From the IMG/VR virus record IMGVR_UViG_3300045988_108834, positions 1 to 48,553 of that record: 48,553 nucleotides of DNA. One strand, given 5' to 3'. Under the pieces are notes generated by a model. The model was given only the letters and a program-made list of their open reading frames with translations, was not told the DNA's origin and did no database searches. The DNA is from a virus. The position numbers were made by a program, and so were the translations under genes. How positions within the stretch are numbered: the stretch's first letter is position 1; the number at the start of each line of letters is the position of its first letter. Positions 37,476-47,730 of the stretch are shown piece by piece.

Positions 37476-38940
37476 ACTCGAACTCACACCCGAGCAGGAG
37501 GGGAAGGTGGAGGCCATCGTCGCACAGCGGGATGGCTTCCGGGCCGCTTTGGACGTGTCGGATACAGGGACGGGCAAGACTCTGTGTGCGGTGGAGGTTG
37601 CGAAGCGGTTGGGTCCGACTACGACGCTGATCGTGGGGCCGGCGAAGCCGCAGATCGTAGCTGCGTGGAAGAAGACGTTCGCCAGGCAGGGCGTCGATTT
37701 GCCGTTCAAAAGGATCGATTCTAAGCACCTCGACTACTTCGACGACTTAAGCCGACATGTCCCCGGCGTCTACTACGTGGGACGGGAGTACCTCGGCCTG
37801 TCGGATTTGAACGGGAAGAATGCTGAGAAGGGCAAGAAAAACCTTCTTCCCTGGATTAAGGCCAAGCCGGATTTCGTCGTCTATGACGAGGTGCAGTCGG
37901 CGTCTAACCGTAAATCCGGACGGGCTAAGGCGATGTGGAGCCTTCGGAACGCCGGTTTTAAGCTGGCCATGTCGGCGACGCCGCAGGGCAACCGCTTCGA
38001 GGGCCTGTGGTCTATCTGCCGCTGGTTGTGGTGGGACGTGGAGGACCCTGAGCGTGTCCCGCTGTCCAGCGACAAGAGGGACTGGCTGTACGTGGAGGGA
38101 TCGTTCCATCGCTGGAAGGCGCGGTGGTGCATTGTTCAGAACAGTTGGATCCACGACAGGTATGGCAGGTTGCAGGAGATTGAGACGATCGTCTCGGAGA
38201 AACAGCCGGGTGCTTTCCTCCGGTCTTTGCCGTGCGTTGTGGGTTTGCCGGCTGACCGGAAGCCCGTGGACACGCGTATCGTCGAATGCGAGCTAACGCA
38301 TAAGCAGCGCGATATATATGACAAACTGCAATATGAGCTGATCTCCGAGGTGGAGGGCGGTTTGCTGGTGGCGTCTCTTCCGATTGTGAAGCTTGTGCGC
38401 CTGCGTCAGGTGGCGTTGGGCGAGCCGTGCATGGTGTACGACCCAGATATCGACATGGACAGGGTGACGTTCGACTCGGACTGCCGCTCCAGGAAACTCG
38501 ACATGTTGAACGCGCTGATCGAGAAGCATCACCCTCGGGACAAGGTGTTGGTTTTCACGTCGAGCCAACGGTTCGCGAATGCTGTTGCACACAGGGTGTG
38601 TGCGAAGACAGCCCTGTACACGGGCGCGCAGTCGGCTAAGGCACGTAGTGAGGCGTTTGCAGGGTTCACAGCGGGGGATGTGCAGGTCTTGCTGTGCACT
38701 GTCGGCGCCGCGGCTGAGGGCCTGGACGGGCTGCAACGGGTGTGTCACGTGGAGGTGTGGCTGGACGAGGACCTGAATGGGATGCTGTGTGAGCAGGCGA
38801 AGGGCAGGTTGAACCGCATGGGCCAGCCCGCTGATCGGATCATCCGCTATTACTTCCAGGCCCGTGACACGATGGACGACGGAACGTTCCAGCGTCTCGC
38901 ACAGCAAGCGGAGAACAATCGTTCAGTTTTGAACAAGTGA
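37462..38940 (+). CDS. SNF2/DEAD-like superfamily 2 helicase
   Basis: Motif I is DTGTGKT and motif II is DEVQ. C-terminal helicase motifs (..VLVFTSS.., ..GLDGLQ..) are present. Confidence 0.8.
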   Translation: MIEQPLELTPEQEGKVEAIVAQRDGFRAALDVSDTGTGKTLCAVEVAKRLGPTTTLIVGPAKPQIVAAWKKTFARQGVDLPFKRIDSKHLDYFDDLSRHVPGVYYVGREYLGLSDLNGKNAEKGKKNLLPWIKAKPDFVVYDEVQSASNRKSGRAKAMWSLRNAGFKLAMSATPQGNRFEGLWSICRWLWWDVEDPERVPLSSDKRDWLYVEGSFHRWKARWCIVQNSWIHDRYGRLQEIETIVSEKQPGAFLRSLPCVVGLPADRKPVDTRIVECELTHKQRDIYDKLQYELISEVEGGLLVASLPIVKLVRLRQVALGEPCMVYDPDIDMDRVTFDSDCRSRKLDMLNALIEKHHPRDKVLVFTSSQRFANAVAHRVCAKTALYTGAQSAKARSEAFAGFTAGDVQVLLCTVGAAAEGLDGLQRVCHVEVWLDEDLNGMLCEQAKGRLNRMGQPADRIIRYYFQARDTMDDGTFQRLAQQAENNRSVLNK

Positions 38941-38947
38941 GGTATGT

Positions 38948-38991
38948 CACACAGCTGTCGGCTTGTACTGCCGGGGGGCTGTGTGTACAGT
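38948..38991 (+). promoter_or_regulatory. Terminator hairpin with embedded promoter
   Basis: CACACAGC (38948-38955) pairs with GCTGTGTG (38978-38985), and an inner GCCG stem follows. The apical loop holds TTGTAC (38963-38968), then 17 bp, then TACAGT (38986-38991). Confidence 0.5.
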
Positions 38992-39026
38992 GGAGGCACA
39001 AGCCAACCGAGAGAAAGGACTACATC

Positions 39027-39236
39027 ATGACGATCACGGAGTTCATCGAAGACCTTGAGAAAGCCCGCGCCAAGTATGGCGACTTGAAGCTGTTCGTGGC
39101 ACGGGGCTATCAGCTGTACCCGGTTGAGTCGCTCGACCTGTTTGATTGCCGCGTGGGGTACAACGAGCATTATGATGAGTTCTTCGAGTCGAACAATGCC
39201 GGGTTCGGTGCCGAAGAGGCTGTCGTTCTCGGTTAG
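39027..39236 (+). CDS. Hypothetical protein (69 aa)
   Basis: ATG follows GAGAGAAAGGA. Confidence 0.6.
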   Translation: MTITEFIEDLEKARAKYGDLKLFVARGYQLYPVESLDLFDCRVGYNEHYDEFFESNNAGFGAEEAVVLG

Positions 39237-39255
39237 ATGAGAAAGGAGGAATGAA

Positions 39256-39624
39256 ATGGACGACTATATCGAGGAGCAGTTGAAGGATAACTTCATATTG
39301 TTCGATAACTTGGACAAGAGGTATGCTTTCATCCCCGCACTTAAGAAGTGGTTGGACGTTAACGGTGCAGAATATTGCTTGGGGTTAGCAGATCTTCGTA
39401 ACCTTATGGACAACGATCTTCTATACTTCGCACCTGTCCCGTTCATCCAACACGTGTGGGGCCAGCGCGACACGCAGCGTGCCGCATTGGAACCGCACAC
39501 CACGCTAAAATATAAGGATGGGCCGATCATCTTGCACAACACCGGCGACACACCTGCTGTCATCGAGTGCAAGCACATTATCAATTTCGCGATCAACAAA
39601 GGCTGGGAGCTTCAACTGGTATGA
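39256..39624 (+). CDS. Hypothetical protein (122 aa)
   Basis: ATG follows GAGAAAGGAGGAATGAA. Confidence 0.65.
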   Translation: MDDYIEEQLKDNFILFDNLDKRYAFIPALKKWLDVNGAEYCLGLADLRNLMDNDLLYFAPVPFIQHVWGQRDTQRAALEPHTTLKYKDGPIILHNTGDTPAVIECKHIINFAINKGWELQLV

Positions 39625-40358
39625 GGAATGACGAACTGCTGTCACTGTTCACGCCGCAGACGCGGCGCGACAAGCAGATCCGGGTGGGTGCATCAAACCT
39701 TTCCAACCCGTGTGCGCTGTGCCTGGCCGAGGACATCCTTCCGGGTATCAAGGACAAGAGCGGAGTGGCGCTCAAGCCTCGCGAGATGCGGGAGTCGAAC
39801 TTCGTTATGGGGGCGCGGATTGGAACGGACATCCACCGCGGCTTGGAGTATTGGGCTAAGCGGCTCTTTCCCAAGTGGGAACTTGAACAACGTTTCGAGC
39901 TCGGGCTCTACGAGAACTACGGGCTGATCAGGTCTACGGCCGACGCTTATGATCCGGAGGACGGGACGATCGTCGACTACAAGACGACCACTCGCTCCAA
40001 GCTGAAGGCCCTCAGCGCGGTGTTCGCGATGCACGGCGACGTTCCGGACGTGAGCGGGGACAGCGCAAAGGCGAAGTACATCGCCTACGTCGCACAGACA
40101 CACCTCTACGCTCTCGGGAAAGAGCGCCGCGATGGCGAAGGAACTGTGCATAAGATCAAGGTCGTGTTCATTCCGAGGGACGCTTCTCAGGTGGCGGACG
40201 TGGAGATCTTCACGCTAGATTACAACCGGGATAAAGCGGAACGGGTGTGGGATCGCGGGCAGCACATCATCGATGCACTGTGCGACGGCTTCACCGACTT
40301 CCCCTCCTATCCGGGCTGCTACCGCTGCAACGTGCTGGCTGTCAAGACGAACGATTGA
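39621..40358 (+). CDS. PD-(D/E)XK exonuclease, Cas4/RecB-like with a Cys cluster
   Basis: ATGA overlap at the start. The motifs are D..D..IVDYKTT and QTHLYAL (QxxxY). An N-terminal CALC plus a C-terminal CYRC fit an Fe-S cluster. Confidence 0.75.
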   Translation: MRNDELLSLFTPQTRRDKQIRVGASNLSNPCALCLAEDILPGIKDKSGVALKPREMRESNFVMGARIGTDIHRGLEYWAKRLFPKWELEQRFELGLYENYGLIRSTADAYDPEDGTIVDYKTTTRSKLKALSAVFAMHGDVPDVSGDSAKAKYIAYVAQTHLYALGKERRDGEGTVHKIKVVFIPRDASQVADVEIFTLDYNRDKAERVWDRGQHIIDALCDGFTDFPSYPGCYRCNVLAVKTND

Positions 40359-40376
40359 GAAAGGCGGAGGTGTGCG

Positions 40377-40715
40377 GTGAAAGAACACGACGACATCATC
40401 GAGTATGGCTACATATCGGGACTCATCGAAAGCCTCGAAGCACGGAAGAAGGAACTCGCCGCAGCCATCAAACAACGCCTGCAGGTGGGCGAATCTAGCG
40501 TAGCCGGCCCGTACATCGTGACGAGAAAGGAGGTGCACCGTTTCGATATATCGAAAGCTGAAAAGGCTTTACCTGGAGATACGCTTCGACGTTGCTATGT
40601 TCAAAAGCTGGATCCGAAGAGAGTGAAGTCTTTGGCGACAGCTGAACAGTACTATCAGTGTCTTAAAGGCACGGATCAACTTCATATTCGACAGGAGAAA
40701 GGAGAAGACGAATGA
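40377..40715 (+). CDS. Hypothetical protein (112 aa)
   Basis: GTG follows GAGAAAGGCGGAGG. Confidence 0.55.
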   Translation: MKEHDDIIEYGYISGLIESLEARKKELAAAIKQRLQVGESSVAGPYIVTRKEVHRFDISKAEKALPGDTLRRCYVQKLDPKRVKSLATAEQYYQCLKGTDQLHIRQEKGEDE

Positions 40716-41479
40716 CCGACTTCGACATCGAATCATTCATTATCAAACCCGACGAGCTGAGCAAACCCGAGCAGATCCTCGTCTACTCCGACTATGGACA
40801 GGGGAAGACGACGTTCGCTGCTTCGGCCGCCAAGTTCGCACCCACCTCTCCCGTGTTGTACCTCGACCTCGAAGGCAGTACTACGGGCGTCACCCGCGAT
40901 GTTCCGCCGGAGAACATTGACATCATCCGACCCAAGAACATGCCGATACCGAAAGGCATGTCCAAAGAGGAAGGCTGGATCCACAACACCGACCAGATCC
41001 TCGTGGCCTTCCTCACAGGGAAGATGTCGCGTGAATACAAGACGATTGTCATCGATCCGCTCAACGTCTACAACGACTGGTGCGTAGACCACTTCGAGCG
41101 GAAAGAGATGTCCCAGCCGAACCCCAACAATTTCGCGATCTGGACGGAGGCTGCGAAGAAAACCACCGGATCGAACGGCATCTTCCCGCTTCTGAAAGAC
41201 GCCGGGGTGCTGTCCATCCTCGTCGTCCACCAGAAGACCGACGACAAGGGCGTGGCCGACTTCGCCTGGCGGGGTTCCGGTTCACGCGCCAAGGTTGGAC
41301 AGACGCCCGATGTAGTGATACATTTGTCCTTGGACACCGATCGGAACACCGGGGAGTCGCACACGGAGGCGCAGATGTTCGCCTCCAGGACGATAGGGGC
41401 GAAGAACCGCTTCAACCTCCCCTCTTTCGTGGAGGATCTGACCATCGAGAAACTCTGGACGCTTTGCGACAACCACTGA
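40712..41479 (+). CDS. RecA-like AAA ATPase (Sak4 / AAA_24-type recombination protein)
   Basis: Walker A is YSDYGQGKTT and Walker B-like is KTIVIDPL. The gene sits between the nuclease and an SSB-like gene. Confidence 0.7.
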   Translation: MTDFDIESFIIKPDELSKPEQILVYSDYGQGKTTFAASAAKFAPTSPVLYLDLEGSTTGVTRDVPPENIDIIRPKNMPIPKGMSKEEGWIHNTDQILVAFLTGKMSREYKTIVIDPLNVYNDWCVDHFERKEMSQPNPNNFAIWTEAAKKTTGSNGIFPLLKDAGVLSILVVHQKTDDKGVADFAWRGSGSRAKVGQTPDVVIHLSLDTDRNTGESHTEAQMFASRTIGAKNRFNLPSFVEDLTIEKLWTLCDNH

Positions 41480-41491
41480 GAGGAGAACATT

Positions 41492-42091
41492 ATGGCACGC
41501 AAATCATCTTATAAGGCATTCAAACTCGACGACAACGAACTCAAATCAGCTCGTGGGGCCGACGGGCACTTCGCAGGACGCGGAGGAGCCATTAAAGTTC
41601 CGGCTCCGGGGGTCTATCGGGCTTTCATCTGCGACGTGGAGAGAGGAGAATACAAGTCGGCGGCTAACGCGGGACTACCCCGTCTCGTCGTTGACCTGAA
41701 GATCCTCGAAGGACCCACCGACGAGTACGACGGGGTCGTCGTCAAAGACTTCAACGTCCCGCTCCAGCCGCATTGGAAGAACGGAAAGCTCAACTACAGC
41801 TTCCCGAACTTCTGGGAGGCCGTCGGCGCCTACGATCCCCGCGAGGGCTTCCTTATCCCCGAGGATGAGACGGAGCTGGTCGACCCCGACCAGACGGTTC
41901 TCATCAAGATCGGGAACCGCCACAACAACAAGGGGTACGTCAATGCGACGGTGGACTCCTACTACGTGGACGACGGCAAGCGGGAGCTCGAACAGCTCGG
42001 TGAACCCCTGAAACCCAAGGTTGTGAAGGACGAGCCCACTGCTACTGTCCAGTCGACACAGGACACGACGAGAACGTTCACCATCGGTTGA
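41492..42091 (+). CDS. DUF669-like protein (putative ssDNA-binding partner of the Sak4-like ATPase)
   Basis: The pattern ..PAPGVYRAFICDVE..S..G.PRLVVDLKILEG.. and the gene's position support the call. Confidence 0.5.
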   Translation: MARKSSYKAFKLDDNELKSARGADGHFAGRGGAIKVPAPGVYRAFICDVERGEYKSAANAGLPRLVVDLKILEGPTDEYDGVVVKDFNVPLQPHWKNGKLNYSFPNFWEAVGAYDPREGFLIPEDETELVDPDQTVLIKIGNRHNNKGYVNATVDSYYVDDGKRELEQLGEPLKPKVVKDEPTATVQSTQDTTRTFTIG

Positions 42092-42105
42092 TAAGAGAGG
42101 AGTAA

Positions 42106-42131
42106 GGAAAGGCCCCATAGCGGGCCTTTCC
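42106..42131 (+). terminator. Intrinsic terminator
   Basis: 10-bp stem GGAAAGGCCC / GGGCCTTTCC with a 6-nt loop. Confidence 0.65.
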
Positions 42132-42167
42132 TGCTCTATAAGTCAGTTACGAGGAGAGGAGCTAATA

Positions 42168-44570
42168 ATGGAAGCGATTGATTTTCTAGACACGATATAC
42201 AAGGACATCAAGGGGTACGTCAACATTGTGACGATGGACCCCCTTGAGGAGAAAGAGACTGTCAAGAGCCGGTTCATCGAGTGGCCGGAGAAGAGGGACT
42301 TCGCACATCGATACGTCTCGATGCGAGAGGACGAAAACACTTACTGCTCGGTGGGGGTGTTCACCGGAAAGAACCGTTCGGGCGACGACAAGGGTGCGCT
42401 GTGCGGCGTTGTGTGGGCAGAGGCGGACACCTGCCCCCCGAGTGAGTTCGCCGTCGAGCCGTCTCTGGTTGTGCGCACATCGAGGAACCGTACGCATTGC
42501 TGGTGGGTTCTTGACAAGCCCTACCCGCTGGCCGAGTGCTCCGAGGTGGCACGTTCCATCTATCAAAAGCATCGCGACAAGGGCTGCGACAGCGGTTGGC
42601 AAGCGTCCAAACTGCTTCGGATTCCCGGTTCGGTCAACACCAAGTACGGCGCTGACTACCCCGTCAAGATAGAAAAGAATACCGGCGCGGTCTACACGTT
42701 GGAAGAAATCAAGGACGTCTATCCGGTTGTGCGCCTTGAAGAGGCTAAAAAAGAAGGCGAGGCGCCCCCGGAGTGCGACGACGAGCAGCTGTGCGTCATC
42801 GAGGATAAGCTCACGTCCCCTTCCTTGAAGTCGATGTATCTCGACGAGATAGAGGACGGTCATCAGAGCTGGTCTCAGACCGCTAAGAGATTCCAGATGG
42901 AACTGTTCCGCGCCGGTCTCTCGGACCACGAGGTGTACCAGTTGATGCTCCGCGCACACTGCAACAAATACAACCCCGTCTATGCTGGGCGTAAAACCAA
43001 GGAAGGCCACTCGATCCCCAAGCGTGACAACTGGGAGCTGTGCACGTGGAGAGAGGTCGAGAAATTCAGTAAGGAATATAATGACAGTTTCACACATCTC
43101 GATGAGAACGGGATCGCTTTAGGGGACGAAAACTTCTCCAACGCCATTCGGGAGTACCAGACGGGAGAGATTCAGCTTCTTACGGATGAAGAAGTGAAGT
43201 TCGTCGAGGGTAAGGATAACCCGACGTTCCTTAAAGATTACATAGATTACGGCCGAACGGTGACGGATACGGCAGACGCCTACCATGCAGCCTTGGGTCT
43301 AGTGACGTTGGCTACGACGGTCGGCGCTTTCGGGGCCCTCGACACGACGGGGGACGACAATCAGGGTCTTCGCTTCTGGCCGCTTCTTCTCGGGCCGTCT
43401 GGCACTGCACACAAAACCACAGCAGTGAACGGCGCACAAGCCGTCATTGACCTGTGCGGGTCGCTAGTGGGACGAAGCAACAGCATCAAGGTGGCGAGTG
43501 ACTCCACTATTCAAGCTATGAAACGAGACATTGCACCTTTCCACAACACGCCCACATATATGTCGCTTGATGAGGTGCAGGATAAATTCCGTGACATCAT
43601 GGATGACCATGGGTCCTGGAAGGGGTTCGATGCTGGCTTGTGTAAGCTGTACAGCGGTGAAGTCGAGCTGACACGGCGTGTTACGTCAGTGAACATCGAC
43701 AGCGCTAACGCGCATCTTAATGTTATCCTCACGGGTATATATGATGAGTCGATTGATGTTCTCGAAATGCGTAACTTTAAAAACGGGTTCCTCACTCGCT
43801 TCACATGGGTGACGTATCTTGAAGACGACGTGAAGAATAAGGACACTGACAACACCCCGAAGATAGCGGCGATGTTCAACAGCCGCCGAAAGTTCGGGAA
43901 CAGTAAAGACCGAGACAAAAAGGCAATGGCACTCGCACACAGGCTGGCGGAGCGTATCACGCAATTGTCCCGTACTTGTTACGGATCCGACGACGTGCCT
44001 GAGGTTGAGAGGAAACTACAGGAACGAGAGGTCGATGCGAACCGCATACTCCTCGACGTAGACGATGAAGCGCTCGATCGATACAACACGTGGTGTATGA
44101 ACCTTCAGCGCTTCGATATCGTGGAAGACAAGTCCCCCATCTTCGAGTCGGCTTTCCGGCGGCTATGCATCACAGTCCCGCAGGTGGCCGGACTATTCAG
44201 CCTCATGGACCGAGAAGACGGAGTCATCACCAAGACGCACATGTTGAACGCCATTTACTACTCCAACCACTGGGTCAGGTGTCTTCTTAAGGCCCTCAAC
44301 GATGTGACGGAGAACGGTTACGTCAAGCAGCAGGACGCTGTCATGTCGTTCATTCGTTCGCGTTGTGATAAAGCGAATCACGCTATCCTGTGCACGAAGG
44401 TCCGGGACAAGTTCCCCGAGCTGGACGAGTGGCAGTACAAGAACATCATCTCTTCGCTGCGTGGTCGAGGTCTCATTTCCGGCCCCGTAGAAATCGAATA
44501 CGTTCGAGGCAAAGGCAAGAATGCGAAGAAATCTAAGGGATGGTTCTACACGCTGGTGGTGGACGAATGA
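42168..44570 (+). CDS. Primase-polymerase (AEP) fused to a helicase/NTPase domain
   Basis: The AEP motifs are VVWAEADT (the hhhDhD type), SRNRTHCWWVL (the sxxxH type) and LRIPGSVNTKY. The central P-loop-like motif is LLGPSGTAHKTT. The product is 800 aa. Confidence 0.75.
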   Translation: MEAIDFLDTIYKDIKGYVNIVTMDPLEEKETVKSRFIEWPEKRDFAHRYVSMREDENTYCSVGVFTGKNRSGDDKGALCGVVWAEADTCPPSEFAVEPSLVVRTSRNRTHCWWVLDKPYPLAECSEVARSIYQKHRDKGCDSGWQASKLLRIPGSVNTKYGADYPVKIEKNTGAVYTLEEIKDVYPVVRLEEAKKEGEAPPECDDEQLCVIEDKLTSPSLKSMYLDEIEDGHQSWSQTAKRFQMELFRAGLSDHEVYQLMLRAHCNKYNPVYAGRKTKEGHSIPKRDNWELCTWREVEKFSKEYNDSFTHLDENGIALGDENFSNAIREYQTGEIQLLTDEEVKFVEGKDNPTFLKDYIDYGRTVTDTADAYHAALGLVTLATTVGAFGALDTTGDDNQGLRFWPLLLGPSGTAHKTTAVNGAQAVIDLCGSLVGRSNSIKVASDSTIQAMKRDIAPFHNTPTYMSLDEVQDKFRDIMDDHGSWKGFDAGLCKLYSGEVELTRRVTSVNIDSANAHLNVILTGIYDESIDVLEMRNFKNGFLTRFTWVTYLEDDVKNKDTDNTPKIAAMFNSRRKFGNSKDRDKKAMALAHRLAERITQLSRTCYGSDDVPEVERKLQEREVDANRILLDVDDEALDRYNTWCMNLQRFDIVEDKSPIFESAFRRLCITVPQVAGLFSLMDREDGVITKTHMLNAIYYSNHWVRCLLKALNDVTENGYVKQQDAVMSFIRSRCDKANHAILCTKVRDKFPELDEWQYKNIISSLRGRGLISGPVEIEYVRGKGKNAKKSKGWFYTLVVDE

Positions 44571-46654
44571 GGACTGTGCGATTCCATCTGGCGTCCGGCG
44601 ACGTCGAAGCGTTTAAAGAGCTGGCTGTGCGGGCCCGTAAAGAGCTCGGGCCTCTCACGTATGAACGGGTCGACGCAGAGGATAGTGCCGCTATCTTCGA
44701 CCTCGACCCGTGGGACGACTGCGGTATCGACATGGCTGTGCAGTACTTCGTGGGGGTTGTGCGACGCTACCTCCTCGATCACGGCGCCTGGTCTTCCCCG
44801 TTCGGCGGACCGATATCGCGGATTCTCTTCCTCGACATCGAATCCCACGGCGTCGAGAAGCGCTGGTCCATGACGCCGAGGGATTTCTTCCGTCTCGGCC
44901 AGTACGCGTGGGGCGAAGGCCCCGTCGTCTTGACTGAGGACTATGACGAGGTCATCGCCGCCATCCGAGAAGCCGACGGCGTCGTGGTGCACAACGGCCA
45001 CAATTTCGACCTATCGGTGTTGTTTGGTAAAGACAGCGACGAGCCGCTTCGAATGGCGATGGATCGTCGTATCATCGACACCATGGTTCTCGCCAATATC
45101 GCATACCCCGCCCCGTCCTTCTACGAGGACCGGGCGGGGCGCTCCGTCGCCACAGACCTCCGCCCTTCGAATGTGCGCAGATGGCTGTCCCTCGACAACC
45201 TCGCATACCAGATGGGTCTGGAAGGCAAAGTCATGGATCTGAAGGACCTCGCCAAGCAGTTCAACCCACCCGGCACTAAGGTCTCCGATCTCGACTTCGG
45301 ATTGATACCCATCGACGATCCGGTGTTCCGCGAATATTCCGAGCAGGATGTGGTCGTGCTCAGAGGAATTTTCAAGGAGCTTCTAATGCGTCACGAAGTA
45401 AACGAGTACGACTGGCGTGAACAGTTGAAGGCGGCTATCAACGCGCAGATGTCGAGGAACGGGTTCCTCATAGATGAAGACAAAGTCTACGACAGGTTAT
45501 ACGCTTTGGCTGACAGAAAGGAGAAGCTACTCGACTATCTGCACAAGTCAGTGGGTATGCCACTCGATTCGAAGCAGCCGTGGCGGACGAACGTTGGAAA
45601 GCAGTGCATCATCGACGCCCTGGCTGCGTTCGGCGTAGACGAGCACACGCATCCCGAGTGGCCGCGCACACCGACCGGAGCCCTGCAGCTGTCCGGCAGC
45701 GTCGTACAGGACCTCCTGAGGGGCCACGGAAGCCACGCTGAGGCCTTCGGAAAGGTCCTGGGTGAACTACTGGGCCAGCGATCCCTTGCGCAGCTCACAA
45801 TCGATTGTCTGCAGCCTGACGGCCGTGTGCACCCCGAGGTCGATGACCTGCAGCGCTCTGGTCGTTCTTCTACGACGAAGCCCGGTTTGACTGTGTGGAC
45901 GGCACGTGGCGACAACGCAGTGGAGAAGTCCTACTTCGTCCCCGACCCCGGATGCAAGCTCGTCTCGTTCGACTACTCGAATGCGGATGCGAGGATCGTT
46001 GCAGGTTACGCGCAGGACCCCGCATATATGGAGAATTTCAAACCCGGCGCCGACCCGCATGAGATCACAGGCCGCGCCGTCTGGGGCGACGAAGAGTACG
46101 AGGCGCACATGCCTGAAGGCTGGGAGACCGATCCTGAGGCGCGAAAGCACAACCCGTACCGCCAGAAAGCCAAGGCGCTCTCGCACGCCTGGAACTATGG
46201 AGGCGGGGCGAAGACGATCGCCAAGGCTTCTGGACAACCGTTAGACATAGCGGAACACTTCGTCAAACAGATGGCGAAAGCCTATCCGCGGGTCGTCGAA
46301 TGGCGTCAGGACTGTGCGGATCAGGGGGAGAACGGCTGGATCTACAACGCGTGGGGCAGGCGCATGAGCGTCAACGTCGAGCGGTCCTACACGCAGTCCT
46401 CGGCTCTCATGGGGCAGTCCGGGACGCGGGAGATCATGACCGACGCGCTTATCCGGATGCTGAAATGTGACATTCGCCTCATTCACTGGCTTCGCGCGCA
46501 AATCCACGACGAGCTGATTTTCTCCATCCCCGAATCGGAGCTAGACTGGGCAGTGCCGAAAATCGCGGAGCTGATGTCCACAACGTGGAACGGGGTGGAG
46601 TTCACAGCCGCACACGGGCAGCCGGCAGACGACTGGGAGCACGCCTCCCACTGA
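44567..46654 (+). CDS. polA: DNA polymerase I family (PolA) with a 3'-5' exonuclease domain
   Basis: Exo I is LFLDIESHG. Pol motif A is DYSNADARI, motif B is RQKAKALSHAWNYGGG and motif C is QIHDELIF. An ATGA overlap links it to the primase gene. Confidence 0.9.
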   Translation: MRTVRFHLASGDVEAFKELAVRARKELGPLTYERVDAEDSAAIFDLDPWDDCGIDMAVQYFVGVVRRYLLDHGAWSSPFGGPISRILFLDIESHGVEKRWSMTPRDFFRLGQYAWGEGPVVLTEDYDEVIAAIREADGVVVHNGHNFDLSVLFGKDSDEPLRMAMDRRIIDTMVLANIAYPAPSFYEDRAGRSVATDLRPSNVRRWLSLDNLAYQMGLEGKVMDLKDLAKQFNPPGTKVSDLDFGLIPIDDPVFREYSEQDVVVLRGIFKELLMRHEVNEYDWREQLKAAINAQMSRNGFLIDEDKVYDRLYALADRKEKLLDYLHKSVGMPLDSKQPWRTNVGKQCIIDALAAFGVDEHTHPEWPRTPTGALQLSGSVVQDLLRGHGSHAEAFGKVLGELLGQRSLAQLTIDCLQPDGRVHPEVDDLQRSGRSSTTKPGLTVWTARGDNAVEKSYFVPDPGCKLVSFDYSNADARIVAGYAQDPAYMENFKPGADPHEITGRAVWGDEEYEAHMPEGWETDPEARKHNPYRQKAKALSHAWNYGGGAKTIAKASGQPLDIAEHFVKQMAKAYPRVVEWRQDCADQGENGWIYNAWGRRMSVNVERSYTQSSALMGQSGTREIMTDALIRMLKCDIRLIHWLRAQIHDELIFSIPESELDWAVPKIAELMSTTWNGVEFTAAHGQPADDWEHASH

Positions 46655-46669
46655 TGAAAGGAGAAACGT

Positions 46670-46894
46670 ATGACGAAAGCGACGCTGTACACGAAACCAG
46701 GATGTGTGCAATGCAAGATGACGAAGAAAGACCTGACGAAGAAAGGCATACCGTTCGACGAGGTTGACATCACCGAAGACCACGACGCACTGTCCTTTGT
46801 GCTAGGACTCGGTTATAAGCAGGCGCCGGTTGTGGTGATCGGTCAGACGCACTGGAGCGGGTTCCGCCCTGACATGGTCAGGAAGTTCGTTTGA
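46670..46894 (+). CDS. nrdH: NrdH-like glutaredoxin
   Basis: 74 aa with the CVQC redox motif and a ..WSGFRPD.. C-terminus. Confidence 0.8.
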   Translation: MTKATLYTKPGCVQCKMTKKDLTKKGIPFDEVDITEDHDALSFVLGLGYKQAPVVVIGQTHWSGFRPDMVRKFV

Positions 46895-47700
46895 TGAACA
46901 CAATTGACAGACAGTATGAGGTTCTTCTCGCAGACGTTCTGAAGCACGGGGTGGAGAAGAAGGATCGCACAGGGGTGGGGACGCTGTCCGTCTTCGGGCG
47001 GCAGATTCGATACGACCTGAGTAACGGCTTCCCTCGTATAACGACGAAGTTCGTTCCGATGAAAGCGGTGAAGGGCGAACTTCTGTGGTTTCTATCAGGC
47101 GACACGAATATCAAGTGGTTGAAAGACCATGGTATCACTATCTGGGACGAGTGGGCCGATGCAGATGGCAACCTCGGGCCCGTGTACGGACACCAGTGGC
47201 GCTCCTGGCCTGCACCGGATGGAAAGGGCATCGACCAAATCTACGAGGTCGTTGAGAGCTTGAAGGCCGATCCGGACTCCCGCCGGCATATCGTGTCGGC
47301 ATGGAACGTCGGCGACTTGGACGCCATGGCTCTTGCACCGTGCCATGTTCTATTCCAGTTTTATGTAGCAGGCGGCAGGCTATCGTGTCAGCTGTATCAA
47401 CGTAGTGCGGACTTGTTCTTGGGTGTGCCTTTCAATATAGCGTCGTATTCCTTGTTGACGCACATGATCGCACAGCAAACAGGCTACGACGTGGGCGAGT
47501 TCATCTGGACTGGAGGAGACTGCCATATATACAAGAACCACGTAGTGGCTGTGCGAGAACAAATCACCCGCAACCCCTACCCGTTTCCCGAGCTCAGCCT
47601 CAAGAAGGCGCCATCGATATTCGACTATCAAATGAGTGATATATACGCATCGGCCGGGTACAAACACCATCCCGCCATCAAGGCCCCCGTGGCTGTATAA
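46891..47700 (+). CDS. thyA: Thymidylate synthase ThyA
   Basis: By eye it is collinear with E. coli ThyA: [59 protein letters not shown] and KAPVA. Asn is retained in FNIASY, indicating dUMP specificity. Confidence 0.95.
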   Translation: MMNTIDRQYEVLLADVLKHGVEKKDRTGVGTLSVFGRQIRYDLSNGFPRITTKFVPMKAVKGELLWFLSGDTNIKWLKDHGITIWDEWADADGNLGPVYGHQWRSWPAPDGKGIDQIYEVVESLKADPDSRRHIVSAWNVGDLDAMALAPCHVLFQFYVAGGRLSCQLYQRSADLFLGVPFNIASYSLLTHMIAQQTGYDVGEFIWTGGDCHIYKNHVVAVREQITRNPYPFPELSLKKAPSIFDYQMSDIYASAGYKHHPAIKAPVAV

Positions 47701-47730
47701 TCGAAGACCCATCGTAGAAAGGACGATATT